Assembly (NCBI GenBank): GCA_951406725.2
Contig: OX597839.1
Location: forward strand, 13,392,001 to 13,456,000
DNA from: Octopus vulgaris
Taxonomy: Eukaryota
DNA length: 64,000 nucleotides
Direction of reading: 5' to 3'
Part shown: piece after piece, positions 1 to 12,921 of the stretch
Layout of the letters: every line of letters begins with the position of its first letter
How positions within the stretch are numbered: the stretch's first letter is position 1
Translations under genes and position numbers: made by a program
The notes under the pieces: generated by a model
The model's database searches: none
What the model was told of the DNA's origin: nothing
What the model saw: the letters and a program-made list of their open reading frames with translations, nothing else

Positions 1-128
1 TGTGTGGTTGTAAGGCCATGAAATCGCAATATATATATAACCCTGGCAGTTTTATATATATATGTATACATACATATATATATATATTGAAACATTAAAA
101 GACGGTTGAAACACTCCTGTTACAACCT

Positions 129-172
129 GGGACCTTGAAGACTGCTTTAATGTAAGAAAGTATACTAGTCCC
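129..172 (+). ncRNA. Degenerate hammerhead-like motif (CUUGAAGA core)
   Basis: GGGAC-CTTGAAGA-cTGC(tttaat)GTAa-GAAAG-TATA-CTA-GTCCC. 5-bp stem I, palindromic AGTATACT, weak stem II. Confidence 0.5.
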
Positions 173-375
173 TTAATATTTTATATTTAATATTTCATCT
201 ATTCAATAAGACAATCAATACTTCATTTCATTTTACTATATATATATACTATTTATACTATATATTCTATATTCTACATTAATATTATAAAGAATATAAA
301 TAAAACATAAAAAACAGAAAGAGTTGGAATTCCTTTGAATAATTTATATCCTTCTATACACAATCATACAAACCC

Positions 376-415
<40 letters not shown>

Positions 416-478
416 TTTTTTTCGTAATGAGATAATAAAACCAAGGCTGAGTAGATTTTAGAACATTTATAGATAGAA

Positions 479-526
479 GGTCTTACAGCTGTTTCCAGGA
501 TATTTATTATATCCCTTCATCGGAGA
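479..526 (-). ncRNA. Degenerate minimal hammerhead-like motif (U4 to C)
   Basis: Reverse complement: TCT-CCGATGA-agGGATAT(aataa)ATATCCtg-GAAAC-AGCT-GTA-AGA. Palindromic ACAGCTGT. Confidence 0.55.
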
Positions 527-959
527 TGGTGTGAGAGAAGAGTTTAGTCATAGTTAATTTAGATATGATACAAAATAGAGAGTGAGGCGGAGGAAAGAAA
601 ATAGACGTGAGATATATATATTGAATTTGTAGATCCATTTTTTTAGGGAAAATGTTATACATGTAAGATTCCAATACTTTATGAGTAAAATCCAACAGTA
701 TTTAAATCGGTCATTCCAAGTATCGAGTCTATACACAGTGTTTTTGAATCAAAGGTTTTTCTTTAAAGTGACCTAAAAATAGGGAGTGTATTAGTATGGT
801 CAAATTGGATGGAACTTACACTCGCCTCCTTATGAGAGGCACCCCAGTTTTTGACATTGAAAAATCAAGCATAGTCTGACTATATTTGAGTTAATAAGGT
901 TTGACTGTAAGTACTATATTTACTTGTGTTATAAATAACATCCCTAATTTAGAGTTAAA

Positions 960-1327
960 TCTCTATATATATAAACTGCAAAATGTCTGTCTGCGTGTGT
1001 GTCCTTTATACAAATCCACAATTTTTCAGTTAGAGGGCTCGCACTTTCTATGGTCATTGAAAACCATCCAAGGGTGGTCATGCACATCTTCACATTTCCC
1101 CAGTCACCCCGCAGAGCCATTAAAAAATCAATAGAAGTGACTTTTTTGTGAATTTTCTATCCAAAACCCAATCAAAATGCCCAAAACTTGATACGCCAAT
1201 TGAATGCCAGCTAGCTGTATGTGATTGGTCGGAGATTTGGACAGTACTCACGTGTATGTGCGCATACACGCAGCTGTATATGCATGCACTAGCACTATGA
1301 CCAGGCAATGCCAGGTCATAGTGCTAG
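960..1327 (+). mobile_element. Non-autonomous Helitron
   Basis: 5' TC(TCTATATATATAAA) follows an A. 3' hairpin ACTAGCACTATGACC/GGTCATAGTGCTAGT (1288-1328) ends in CTAG before a T. No TSD. A 5' fragment of the same family lies at ~43869-43925. Confidence 0.75.
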
Positions 1328-2840
1328 TATTAGTATAAAATCTTTTCCCTTCATAGTTTTAACTTTGCTCCATGTATATGTCGCACCCCAGGTTTTTCAG
1401 TTACAAATCAAGCATAAAATAGTGTGACTTATGTTTCAGTAAATACAGTATGGATGTAAGTATAGTATTTACTTGTGTTATAAGTCACATCTTTAGTGTT
1501 AAATCTTGATATAAAATTTAACACAACGGTGAGTGTGTTAAATTATAAGGCACAAAAAGAAAATGACTCTCCCCAGACACAACAGAATATGCTTCAACAC
1601 ACGAACTCATATAAAGAATCTTGCAAACCAAATCCCAAAACGAAATATTGATATAAAATGTCTTCCTTTAATAGTTTTAGTTTTGTCCTGTGTATAAGTT
1701 ATACCCCAGGTCTCCAGTCAAAATCAAGTATAAAATAATATAATTTATGCAAAATTAAATATGGCAGCTAGCATCCCATCTTTTAATCAAATACTGTGTA
1801 TCTAAAACTACATTGTATAATGTTTATTTGAAAAAATAACAAAAAAAAAAAAACACTAAAGTATGTTTGGGGTATCAGATTTGGCTGCTATGTCTAGCAC
1901 ATCAAACAACTGCATAGAGGTTCCTTTGTCATGTATAGAGATAGTGAACTTCCTGATTCTCAGTTACAGGAAAAAAGATTTTTTTTTTTTGTTGTCGAAG
2001 GAAACCTTTTGTCTGAAATAGGTTGAAACCATTTATCAATTCCATTCAATGTCAAAGAAATTTTAATATTCTGAGTCAGAGTAGAACTGTAAATTGATAA
2101 TTACTAAGGTTGAACAGGCGGTTGCAAATCATTATCTTCATCAGCTGACTTCCAGTTCAAAAACCCTGCACGCACGCTATGAGGAGACTCTTTATGGAAT
2201 TTCTAAATAGCCTGCAATTCTAAAAGAGTTGCCTTCTCAAGAAAATCTTAAATAGTTCCTCGTTTATTACTTAACAAGATTTCCAGAAATTAGTAGTTCC
2301 AGCTGTCCATGGGGAAGGAATACATGGAGAAGTGGTAGGGATGAACTAATTGCTTGCTTCCTTCCCTCATTTAGAGTTTAAGGATCAATAGCTGTATTGA
2401 CAATTAATAGGTTCAAATGAAGCAGTTTCCTGAAAAAGTAAATGTCTTAGTGAGTAAGCAAAGCATCCCTAATTAAACATTATGTTCATCAATCAACAAT
2501 GAGATGCTCTTCATTGAAGCAGCTACATAACAGTAGTTAGTTGGTTGGAGGGTTGGAGGAGATCAGGAAGAGAAAGATTTAATGAAGATACAAGGGAGTT
2601 GTTAATATTGCTGAATAGTCAGATGTTTCTGCTGATTTCAGCCTAGAAAACACAAGGTTTATAATTGTGGCAGAAACACTACAGTGTTAGACTAAATGTG
2701 AGATATGTAACAGTGATAGAATTAGTATAGTGTTTAGGCTAAATGTGTGGTCTGTAATAATGACGTAGTGGATGAAGTGTTATACTCAATGTGAGGTCTT
2801 AATAGTGTTAATGTCAGCATGATGTTAAATGAAATGTGAA

Positions 2841-3193
2841 GGTGCAGGAGTGGCTGTGTGGTAAGTAGCTTGTTTACCAACCACATGGTTCCGGGTTCAG
2901 TCCCACTGCATGGCACCTTGGGCAAGTGTCTTCCACTATAGCCTCGGGCCGACCAAAGCCTTGTGAGTGGATTTGGTAGACGGAAACTGAAAGAAGCCCG
3001 GTCATATATATGTATATATATATATATGCGTGTGTGTGTTTGTGTGTCTGTCACTTAGCGGTTCGGCAAAAGAGACCAATAGAATAAGTACTTGGCTTAC
3101 AAAAGAATAAGTCCCGGGGTCAAGTTGCTTGATTAAAGGCGGTGCTCCAGCATGGCTGCAGTCAAATGATTGAAACAAGTAAAAGAGTAAAGA
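2841..3193 (+). mobile_element. tRNA-derived SINE, family A (Octopus OK/OR-type)
   Basis: A-box-like TGGCTGTGTGGT, B-box-like GGTTCAGTCCC, central TA/TG tract, tail GAAACAAGTAAAAGAG. About 25-30 full or partial copies in the window. Confidence 0.85.
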
Positions 3194-3206
3194 CTATATA
3201 TATATA

Positions 3207-3413
3207 TTCTTTTATTCTTTTACTTGTTTCAGTCATTTGACTGTGGCAATGCTGGGGCACCGCCTTCAGTCGAGCAAATCGATCCCAGGACTTATTATTG
3301 TAAGCCCAGTATTTATTCTATTGGTCTCTTTTGCCGAACCACTAAGTTACAGGGACATAAACACACCACCATTGGTTGTCAAGCGATGTTGGGGGACAAA
3401 TACTGACACACAA

Positions 3414-3462
<49 letters not shown>

Positions 3463-3646
3463 CGACAGGCTTCTTTCAGTTTCTGTCTACCAAATACACT
3501 CACTTGGTCGGCCCAAGGCTATAGTAGAATTCACTTGCCCAAGGTGCCACGCAGTGGGACTGAACCCAGAACCATACGGTTGGTAAGCAAGCTACTTACA
3601 TCACAGCCACTCCTATAGCTACTTACCACACAGCCACTCCTGCGCC
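3207..3646 (-). mobile_element. SINE family A
   Basis: Full-length reverse copy, tail-to-tail with 2841-3193. Confidence 0.85.
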
Positions 3647-3973
3647 TGTATATATATATATAAAATCATCATCATTTAACATCCTTCATCGAAGCTGGCA
3701 TGGGTTGACAGGAGCTGCTAAGTCAGAGAATTGTGCCAAGCTCTACTTTCTGCTTTAGCATGGGTTTTACGGCTGGATGACCTTCCTAACACCAACCACT
3801 TTTTGCATAGTAAACTACATATGTATATATATATATATATATATATAACAATTGCAGTGTGGAAGGTTTTTATAAGCCATTTAAGAAACACTTCAACATT
3901 TAAATTTAATTTGCCAAAATATTTTCGTTGCTTTGAGATCGCAACCTGTTCACTCTCAAAATTCCATGCTGCA

Positions 3974-4004
<31 letters not shown>

Positions 4005-4007
4005 GTG

Positions 4008-4312
4008 TGGAGGCGCAATGGCCCAGTGGTTAGGGCAGTGGACTCGCGGTCGTAGGATCGCGGTTTCAATTCCCAGACCGGGTGTTGTGAGTGTTTATTG
4101 AGCGAAAACACCTGAGGCTCCACGAGGCCCCGGCAGGGGATGGTGGCGATCCCTGCTGTACTCCTTCGCCGCAACTTTCTCTCACTCTTCCTTCTGTTGG
4201 CCTGCTTGCTTAGCCAGAGGGGTGGCATCATTTGAAGGGTAAAACAATGTGAAGTGCATTGTGACCAACGATGTGTAGCAACATCTGATAGCCTGGTCGG
4301 TCACGTGATCAC
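4008..4312 (+). mobile_element. SINE family C (alternative 3' part)
   Basis: Same head as 29937. The 3' part is shared with 45884-46166. Confidence 0.82.
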
Positions 4313-4313
4313 A

Positions 4314-4378
<65 letters not shown>

Positions 4379-4811
4379 CAAAAAGATTAATAACAGACAA
4401 TGGATAAATGTCAGTTCATATGAACTGACATTTATTCATCGTATACTATACCAAACAACGTATGATCAACACAATGTGTGCTTTGGACCAGCCCCTAGGT
4501 GCTAAATACTTCTAGGGGGTGGTTTTCTTCGTGTGCACAACTTGAATATTCTACTGGATATTTAATCAACCATAAGTGGTGACCACAGGTTAATCCAGCA
4601 CTACCTGGTGCATATCATTTAAGTACCCGATTCTTTCAAGAATCCTTATTATTATTATTATTGGCGTTAGGAAGGGCATCCAGCTGTAGAAACTCTGCTA
4701 GATTAAGACTGGAGCTTGGTGCAGCCATCTGGTTCGCCAACCCACAGTCAAACCGTCCAACCCATGCTAGCATGGAAAGTGGACATTAAATGACGAAGAT
4801 GATGATGATGA

Positions 4812-5369
4812 TTATTATTATTGAGTGAGAGAGCAGTGCATGCCATCAAAGGGACACTGGGGTAAAATATACGAAGCCCAGTATACCCATCATGACTACC
4901 TGTCTGATAAGGGTACACCAGGCACATGCATCACAACGATATGTGCGCAACATGGTGATCTCATAACAAGATGAACAGCGCATGACTTTGCGGGTGGGGC
5001 CCAGTTAGCGTTTTCTTCTGGTCTGGTAATCCATCCCACTCAAAAGGTCCCTGATTAAGGGTTGTTTAAGGATGGTGAATGAAACATCCATGTTTCCTGA
5101 GGTGAATTATCCAAACCTCTAAGAATTCCTCTCAACACATGGCTATGATGCTCCCCCACTACTTCTGCTCGTGATCAGAGATGCACATATCGTCAGCCAC
5201 TCAGGGACATGCTCAACTGGTTTAGGTCAAACAACTGATAGGCAAATCTGTGATATTGAACAGAATATTTGCTGTAGCCCATCTTTTATACCAAGACAAA
5301 ACAATGTACATGATAACACTTCCAATCACTTAAGATCAGAAGCCATGAGAGCCACTGCCTGGTACTGCA

Positions 5370-5405
<36 letters not shown>
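4812..5405. mobile_element. Interspersed repeat family F flanked by (TTA)n
   Basis: 4812-5090 matches ~42360-42622 in reverse complement. Confidence 0.7.
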
Positions 5406-5410
<5 letters not shown>

Positions 5411-6160
5411 TGTCATCATCATCGTTCAGCTTCTGCTTTCCATGGGTTGGACAGTTTGACAGGAGCTGACCAACAGAAGGGTTGTTTCCAAATTGTATAT
5501 GTTGGGAAAATATGTGAGAATTTTTTCTATTAGAAATCTTTCAGACAGAGAAACAAATAACATACATGTATCTGTCTGAAGAGTTTCTAATTGGAAATTT
5601 CTTACATGTTTATCCAACATGTACAACTTTGCGATTCCTATTATCAAATGAAATATGTGTGATGGTGAATAAATAACAACAACAAAAAATTCCAGATAGA
5701 ATAACTCTGCAAAGAATATATCCAAAGTGTTCAACTCTAATATGTATCTCGCATAAATACGACAATGACAACCACTCACATACTGGATTGTAAACACTGG
5801 AATAGGCAGATGTGCTTCAAGAGAACACAGCCTACCTACATAATATACACACACACACATATACATACACAAACATATATTTATATATATAAACTTATAC
5901 ATACATAATATATATCCACACACATATATACACACTCAAATATATATACATCCATACATATATAGATATTTATACATTCATATATATATATATATATATC
6001 CATACATATGCATTGAACCAGCCAGGATCCCTGGTCTGGTGGTACGTAAAAAGCACTTGGCACCTGTAGATTAGACTGATGCATCCATACACAGATATAC
6101 ATGCATCCATACATATATACACATAGACATCGATACATACATACATATATATTTCTTAAT

Positions 6161-6387
6161 TTTTCTTTACTGCCCAGAAGGGGCTAAACATAGAGGGGAC
6201 AACAAGGACAGACGAAAGGATTGAGTCGATTATATCGCCTCCAGTGCGAAACTGGTACTTTATTTATCGACTCCGAAAGGATGAAAGGCAAAGTTGACCT
6301 CGGCAGAATTTGAACTCAGAACATAATGACAGACGAAATGCCGCTAAGCATTTCACCCGGCGTGCTAACGTGTCTGCCAGCTCGCCA
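6161..6387 (-). mobile_element. SINE family B (Meta-domain-like core)
   Basis: Head GGCGAGCTGGCAGA..., B-box GAGTTCAAATTC, core GTCGACTTTGCCTTTCATCCTTTCGGGGTCGATAAA, tail AAAGAAA. About 20 copies in the window. Confidence 0.82.
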
Positions 6388-6638
6388 TCCATACATACAT
6401 ATGTATACATCTATACATATATATATATATATATACCAGCTTATATACGTGTATGTATATCTCTTATTTGGCCTTGACATGCTGGGGCACTGCCATGAAG
6501 CATTCTAGTCAAGTAAATCGACCCCAGAACCTATTTATATTAAAGCCTGGTATATATTCTATTGGTCTGTTATGCCAAACTGTTAAGTTATGGGGATGTA
6601 AACACAAAAAAAACTGGTTGTCAAGCAACGGTGCTGGA

Positions 6639-6676
<38 letters not shown>

Positions 6677-7184
6677 ATACACACATATACAACAGGCTCC
6701 TTTCAGTTTCTGCCTAACAAATTCAATCATAAGGCTTTGGTCAACTCGAGCTATAACAGAAGACACTTGCCCAAGGTGTCATGCAGTGGGACTGTGGTTG
6801 GGAAGCAAACTTCTCACCACACAGCTGTGCCGGCACCATATATGTTTATGAATATGTTTTGCAATAATCCTGATAAGAAACCATGTGTTGAAACAGACAT
6901 TGTTATATTTCGGGATGGTCATTTTTTTCCTTTGATAGCATGTAAAAAACACCTTTTGAGCGCGGTCGTTGCCAGAACCACCTGACTGGCCCTCGTGCTG
7001 GTGTCACATAAAAGCGCCCACTACACTCTTGGAGTGGTTGGCATCAGGAAGGGCATCCAGCTGTAGGAACTTTACCAGATCAGATTGAGCCTGGTGCAGC
7101 CTCTGGCTCACTAGTCCTCAGCCAAACCAACCAACCCATGCCAGCATGGAAAGCAGACGTTAAACAATGATGATGATGATGAAG

Positions 7185-7216
<32 letters not shown>

Positions 7217-7744
7217 TCAAATACATCTACAGTTACACATACAGTGAATAACATTTGATAATGATTTAACAATAAACAGTTGTTACAGCCCCACCCATCT
7301 ACTCTGGCCAACAACACCTCCACCATCACTGCTCCTTTCAATCAAGGAGGTGAGGGGGAGTAGTTGAAATGGGGGTGTTGCTCATTTACTATCCTCCCCC
7401 TCCCTTTATTTACATATCCTAGATAGTACACACCCATTGATATTCCATTCATGGTGATTGCAGTCACATGGACCAGCTCTAGCTTCTTTTTTATTTTATT
7501 TTTTGCCTTATACTGTCACTCTTTTCTTCCCTCCTTCTGCTGTCACTTTGACAATCTGTCCCACCCCCTCTCTCTCTCTGCCCCTCCTACACAAAGAAAC
7601 CTTTTCTTCTTTGTCATTCAGCCCAGTTGTCCTTTGTTGGTGAATTTATTGTCTCTTGACTTCATCATCAGCTGTTGTTGTCCCTGTTGCCAACATCTTC
7701 CAGCATTTATACATCATTTGACACAACAAGGAAACCACTATGTG

Positions 7745-8350
7745 GCCGAACAGTTTGCTTGAATAGTAGTCAAATCTCGTTAAATCTCCACCCTATCGCA
7801 ACAAAGCAAACTGTAGATGGTAGAACGGTCTGCTAGAAATGGCAGTCAAATTTCATTGAAGTCACACCTTATCATATCAAAGCAGCTTCTTTATGGAAAA
7901 ACGGTCTACTTGAAATAGCAGTCACACCCTATCACAACCAAGCAAACTGGCCATGGTAGAACGGTCTGCTAGAAATGGTACTTGAATCTCATTGAAGTCA
8001 CAACCTACCATAACGGGAAAACTAATTACATGGTAGAATGGCCAGCTAGAAATAGCAGTCAAATTTTATTGAAGTTACATTGTCACAGTCAAATCTCATT
8101 GAAGTCACACTTTATCATAACAACGTAGCTTCAACATGGAAAAACAGTTTGCTAGAGGTGGCAGTCAAATCTCATTGAAGTCACATCCTATCACAACTAA
8201 GTAACCTCTACACGGAAAAACAGTCTGCTTGAAATGGCAACCAAATCTCACTGAAAGCATACTCTTTCACAAGGTAGCCTCTACATGGAAAATCGTATGC
8301 TAGAAATGGCAGTCAAGTCTCATTGAAGTCACACCCTATCGTCTTAAAAA
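7745..8350. repeat. Degenerate minisatellite, ~70-77-bp unit, about eight copies
   Basis: Recurring GGTCTGCTAGAAATGGCAGTCAAATCTCATTGAAGTCACACCCTATCA. Confidence 0.85.
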
Positions 8351-8719
8351 GACTTATGGATATGTTGGATAATGTTATTCTAAATATGATATCTTTGAAA
8401 AAGAATACTGGATGTTCATGGTTGGAGAGCTTTTGAACATACGTCTACTTTCTGGGGGTTCACCAGGGACTAAACAACAACACACAATAAACACAACATA
8501 CACAGCCACACAAACTCATACACACACATTGCTAACAGCTACACACGGCTATACAGTGGCATACAAGAAGACACAAATGGTTTCTTCCTCACTCAACGCA
8601 GCGTGCATATTAATTTTCTTGCTCTATTCCCTTTTGTAGCATCTTCAGCAGAAGTGAACAGCCACAGACACACATACGCACACACAGATACATACACACA
8701 AATACAAATACACACATAC

Positions 8720-9040
<321 letters not shown>

Positions 9041-10451
9041 CGTGTGTGTGCATTGCTGTTTGAATATGCGCATGTGTGCATACACAGATGTGTGTGTGTA
9101 TGCATACACATGCATATTTAAGCTGTAACTGACATACATGTACACAACAAGCGCACACAAACTGCCACACACATATGCATAAAACAGGAAAGGTCATCCA
9201 AAGATAATAAACGTTAGCCTTGGAAATCTTCCCAAACATCTTTTCGTGATTTGGAGACAAATTTCATCTTTTATTTCAAATGCGAATCAAAGCCCTTCTC
9301 CCTCCCTCTGCTTCCTTTCTTTACCTCACCTTGTTTCCCTCTCTTCTCCCTCCTTTCTTTACCTCACCCTGCCTTCCTCTCCTTCCCTCTCCCATCACCC
9401 CTCTCTCCTTCCCTTACCTCTGCTTGTCTCTCTTTCTCTCTCTCACAGACATACACACACAGGCACCATTATGATCCCATAATACAATGGTGATCACAAT
9501 CTTAACTTTAGCTGGAGCTGTCAAGCTAAAGATGTTGGGGCTTGACACTCAACACTGAAATTTGGCTGCCAATGATCAAGGTATTTAATACTCAAAAGGC
9601 TCAGTCGACCTGGCTGGCATGAGAAGGCACACTTCTCCACTACATCCAAACCACCATCAACATCATCATCACCATTTAGCATCCGTTTTCCACGCTGGAT
9701 TCAAAATATTTTTGTTGCTTTGAGACTGTGACCTGTTCACTGACAAAATTCCATGACAAATTAAATTTAAATGTTGAAGGGAATCTAACGGTTTTTGTGT
9801 GTTTGTTAAATGGCTTATAAACACCTTCCACGCTGTAAATGTGAATGTTCTATTAGAAAAAACTATGTTGTTGGCATCCTTTTGCCTCGGGAGGCAATGG
9901 AGTTGTGCATAAACTAATCAAGTCTGTTTTTTACATTTCGTGTCCTCTCCAGTTTTGCACAGGCTTGGGCTAGATGTAAGAAAATCCTGGGTAGCCCAAT
10001 TGTCAGGATTCCTCTCTCGACCTTGCTGATGTAGTCCAAAGGAGTGCAGAGCATTACGTTTGGCACCAGCTTGGTTGCAGGAGCTGCCAGAAGAGTGTCA
10101 AGTTGAACACTAAACCGCCTACGAGGCTCCACTCTGGATACTGTTGAGAGAGGTAATATTTATCCCTGCTTAAATGTGAATTACGGAGATGTACTTGCAT
10201 AGCATGTGACCTGATCTGAGATCATGTGCTGAAACAAAAACAATTGCAGCATGGAAGGTGTTTATAAGCCATTTAAGAAGCACACAAAAACCGTTAGATT
10301 CACTTCAACATTTAAATTTAATTTGTCCATAACCCTGGATAGGGGATGATACTGGGTACTGTCAGCTAGAGCCAGCTGAGCCCGGGACTCGTGTCAGGCA
10401 GGGTTGTCACTCCCTGAAGTAGTGAAGAAAATCGCTACCCACTACATAAAG

Positions 10452-11145
10452 AAAAAACTATACTGTGGTAAATATAACAAGAGAAATTCTAGCATCGGCT
10501 TTTGGTGCCAAATTCACTCTTGTTCATATCACTAACAGGAAGACAAATCCCTTCCCCCTCAGGTGCCAAGACTCCCAGATCATGTGATTTTTACCTTGTT
10601 TGGTCTTGTTAATAATGGATGCTTGATGTTTAACTGTTAGAGATAGCAGCAATTCAACTCTCCACTAGCAATATATAGAATAACAGTGCCAGAATGGGTA
10701 CTGGTGTTGCAATTAGCCGGTGAGCTTGTTAAATATTTATTAGCAACAGAGGCAGTATTAATAACAAGAGGTAATATTTCTCCCTACTTAAACGTGGATG
10801 TTTTATTAGGACAAACCATACTGCAGTAGATATAATGAGAGAAACTTTCATATTGACTATTTATGCAAAATGCACTTTTGTCTATATCAATAATGGGAAG
10901 ATAAATCTTTATCACTTCCTGTGCCAAGACAACCAGATCATATGATTCCAACCTTCCTTGGTCGTGTCAATGATGGATGCTTGACCGCTAGAAACAGCAG
11001 CAATTTAACTACCCACCAGCAATATATAGAATAACAATGCCAGAATAGGAGGTGGTGTTGTGATTATCCAGTGAGCTTATTAACAACAGAGGCAGTATTA
11101 ATACTGAGAGATAATATTTATCCCCACTTCAATATGATGTCTTAG
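10452..11145. repeat. Old tandem duplication, ~340-bp unit
   Basis: Collinear blocks repeat: GTGCCAAGAC..CCAGATCAT, AGCAATATATAGAATAACA, CAACAGAGGCAGTATTAATA. Confidence 0.8.
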
Positions 11146-12402
11146 GAATAAGACATCTGTAACAAATTTTACAGAGAAGTTATTCTCCTTCTGTCTGTTG
11201 ATAACAATGTCTTTGTAGAGAGAGGGAAAAAAGAGAGGAGAAAAAGTTATTGAGAGATAAATACAGCGAGAGAGAGAGTGTGTGTGTGTGAAAGACATGA
11301 AGAGGTGGTGCTGTCACCTTAGTAAGTAACAAGTTTTGGTTAAAAACATTGGAATTTTAAGTGTAAGAGTCTGTCAACACAATACAACACAGATTTTTTA
11401 AAAAAAGACTATATATATATATATCATAATATTGGGGAGGGTGAATAGTTGATTACATCGACCCAAGTACTTAAATGATACTTATTTTATTGTGAAGGTA
11501 CTTGCATGAATAAGAAATTTTTACTGGCAGCATAGCAATGGATGACGATCTAGCAGAGATGAAACTGATGGAAATGATGTGTAGATGCAAATATTGTAAG
11601 TAGATACTGTAAAGAGAACTAGTTCTGATCCAGTTTGGTATTATGTGGACATCTTAGGAATAAGAGACCTGAGAACAAAGATGAAACTCAGTGAAATCTT
11701 TGAGTAGATGCAAATATCATAAATATATATTCAAATATGATTCATTCTAATCCATCTGTTACCATATATACACCGAGGAATTCAATAATAATCAGATACA
11801 GAGTTCAATGGAAGGCTACGAAGATGTAAATATTAAATAATCTTTTCTTCTTTAAAGAGAAAGTTAATAATCCGGAAAATCTAATCTTATTGACAACACA
11901 TTTCAGACGTTTAGACATTTAATAAGCAATCTATTCTTGTTATTGATATGGCAATGAAAGAGTTAAGTCAATGATTCTATGTTTTATGTAACACACAGCT
12001 AGCTTCATTAGTTTAATATTCAACAGTCTGAGGAGACAAAAGACATCAGATATTCAGCGAACATGTTTGCGTGACCTGTCGTAGTTTGGGTGTCTGAATA
12101 GAGTTCATCGAAGTACATTTTGGAATAAATATCTTTTTATGAAATTCTTGATGAGTAATACTTTGTATACATCATCATGTTGCTTTTGGAAAATTAATTT
12201 TCATCTCGAAATATGTTATTTTTTTTTCACTACAGAATATATCTTTCTCTATACCATATGTATATATGTATGTGTGTGTGATCTTATATTACAATTTATA
12301 TATTATACATTACATATATATATGTATGTATGTATATGCACACACATGTATATGATTTTATATTAGAATTTATGTAATATATATGCACACACACATATAT
12401 AT

Positions 12403-12798
12403 ATTCTTTTATTCTTTTACTTGTTTCAGTAATTTGACTGTGGCCATGCTGGAGCACCGCCTTTAGTCGAACAAATCAACCCCAGGACTTATTCTTTTGT
12501 AAGCTTAGTACTTATGCTATTGGTGTCTTTTGCTGAACTGCTAAGTTATGGGGATGTAAACACAACAGCATCGGTTGTCAAGTGATGTTGGGGGTACAAA
12601 CAGATATACAAACACATACACACACATACATATATACGATGGGCTTCTTTCAGTTTCCATCTACCAAATCCACTCACAAGGCTTTGGTTGGCCCAAGGCT
12701 ATAGTAAAAGACACTTGCCCAAGGTGCCATGCAGTGGGACTGAACCTGTAACCATGTGGTTGGTAAGCAAGCTACTTACCACACAGCCACTCCTATGC
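12403..12798 (-). mobile_element. SINE family A
   Basis: Full-length match to the family consensus. Confidence 0.85.
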
Positions 12799-12875
12799 TT
12801 ATATATATATAGTAATCATATACATGTGCATATATATGCACACTAACATATGTATGTATTATATACATGTATACA

Positions 12876-12921
<46 letters not shown>

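Noticed and set aside
2734-3618. Recurring peptides such as RASFSFRLPNPLTRLWSARGYSRRHLPKVP and QPRKDERQSRPWRNLNSE across the ORF track
   Set aside because: Antisense translations of SINE families A and B, not a gene family.
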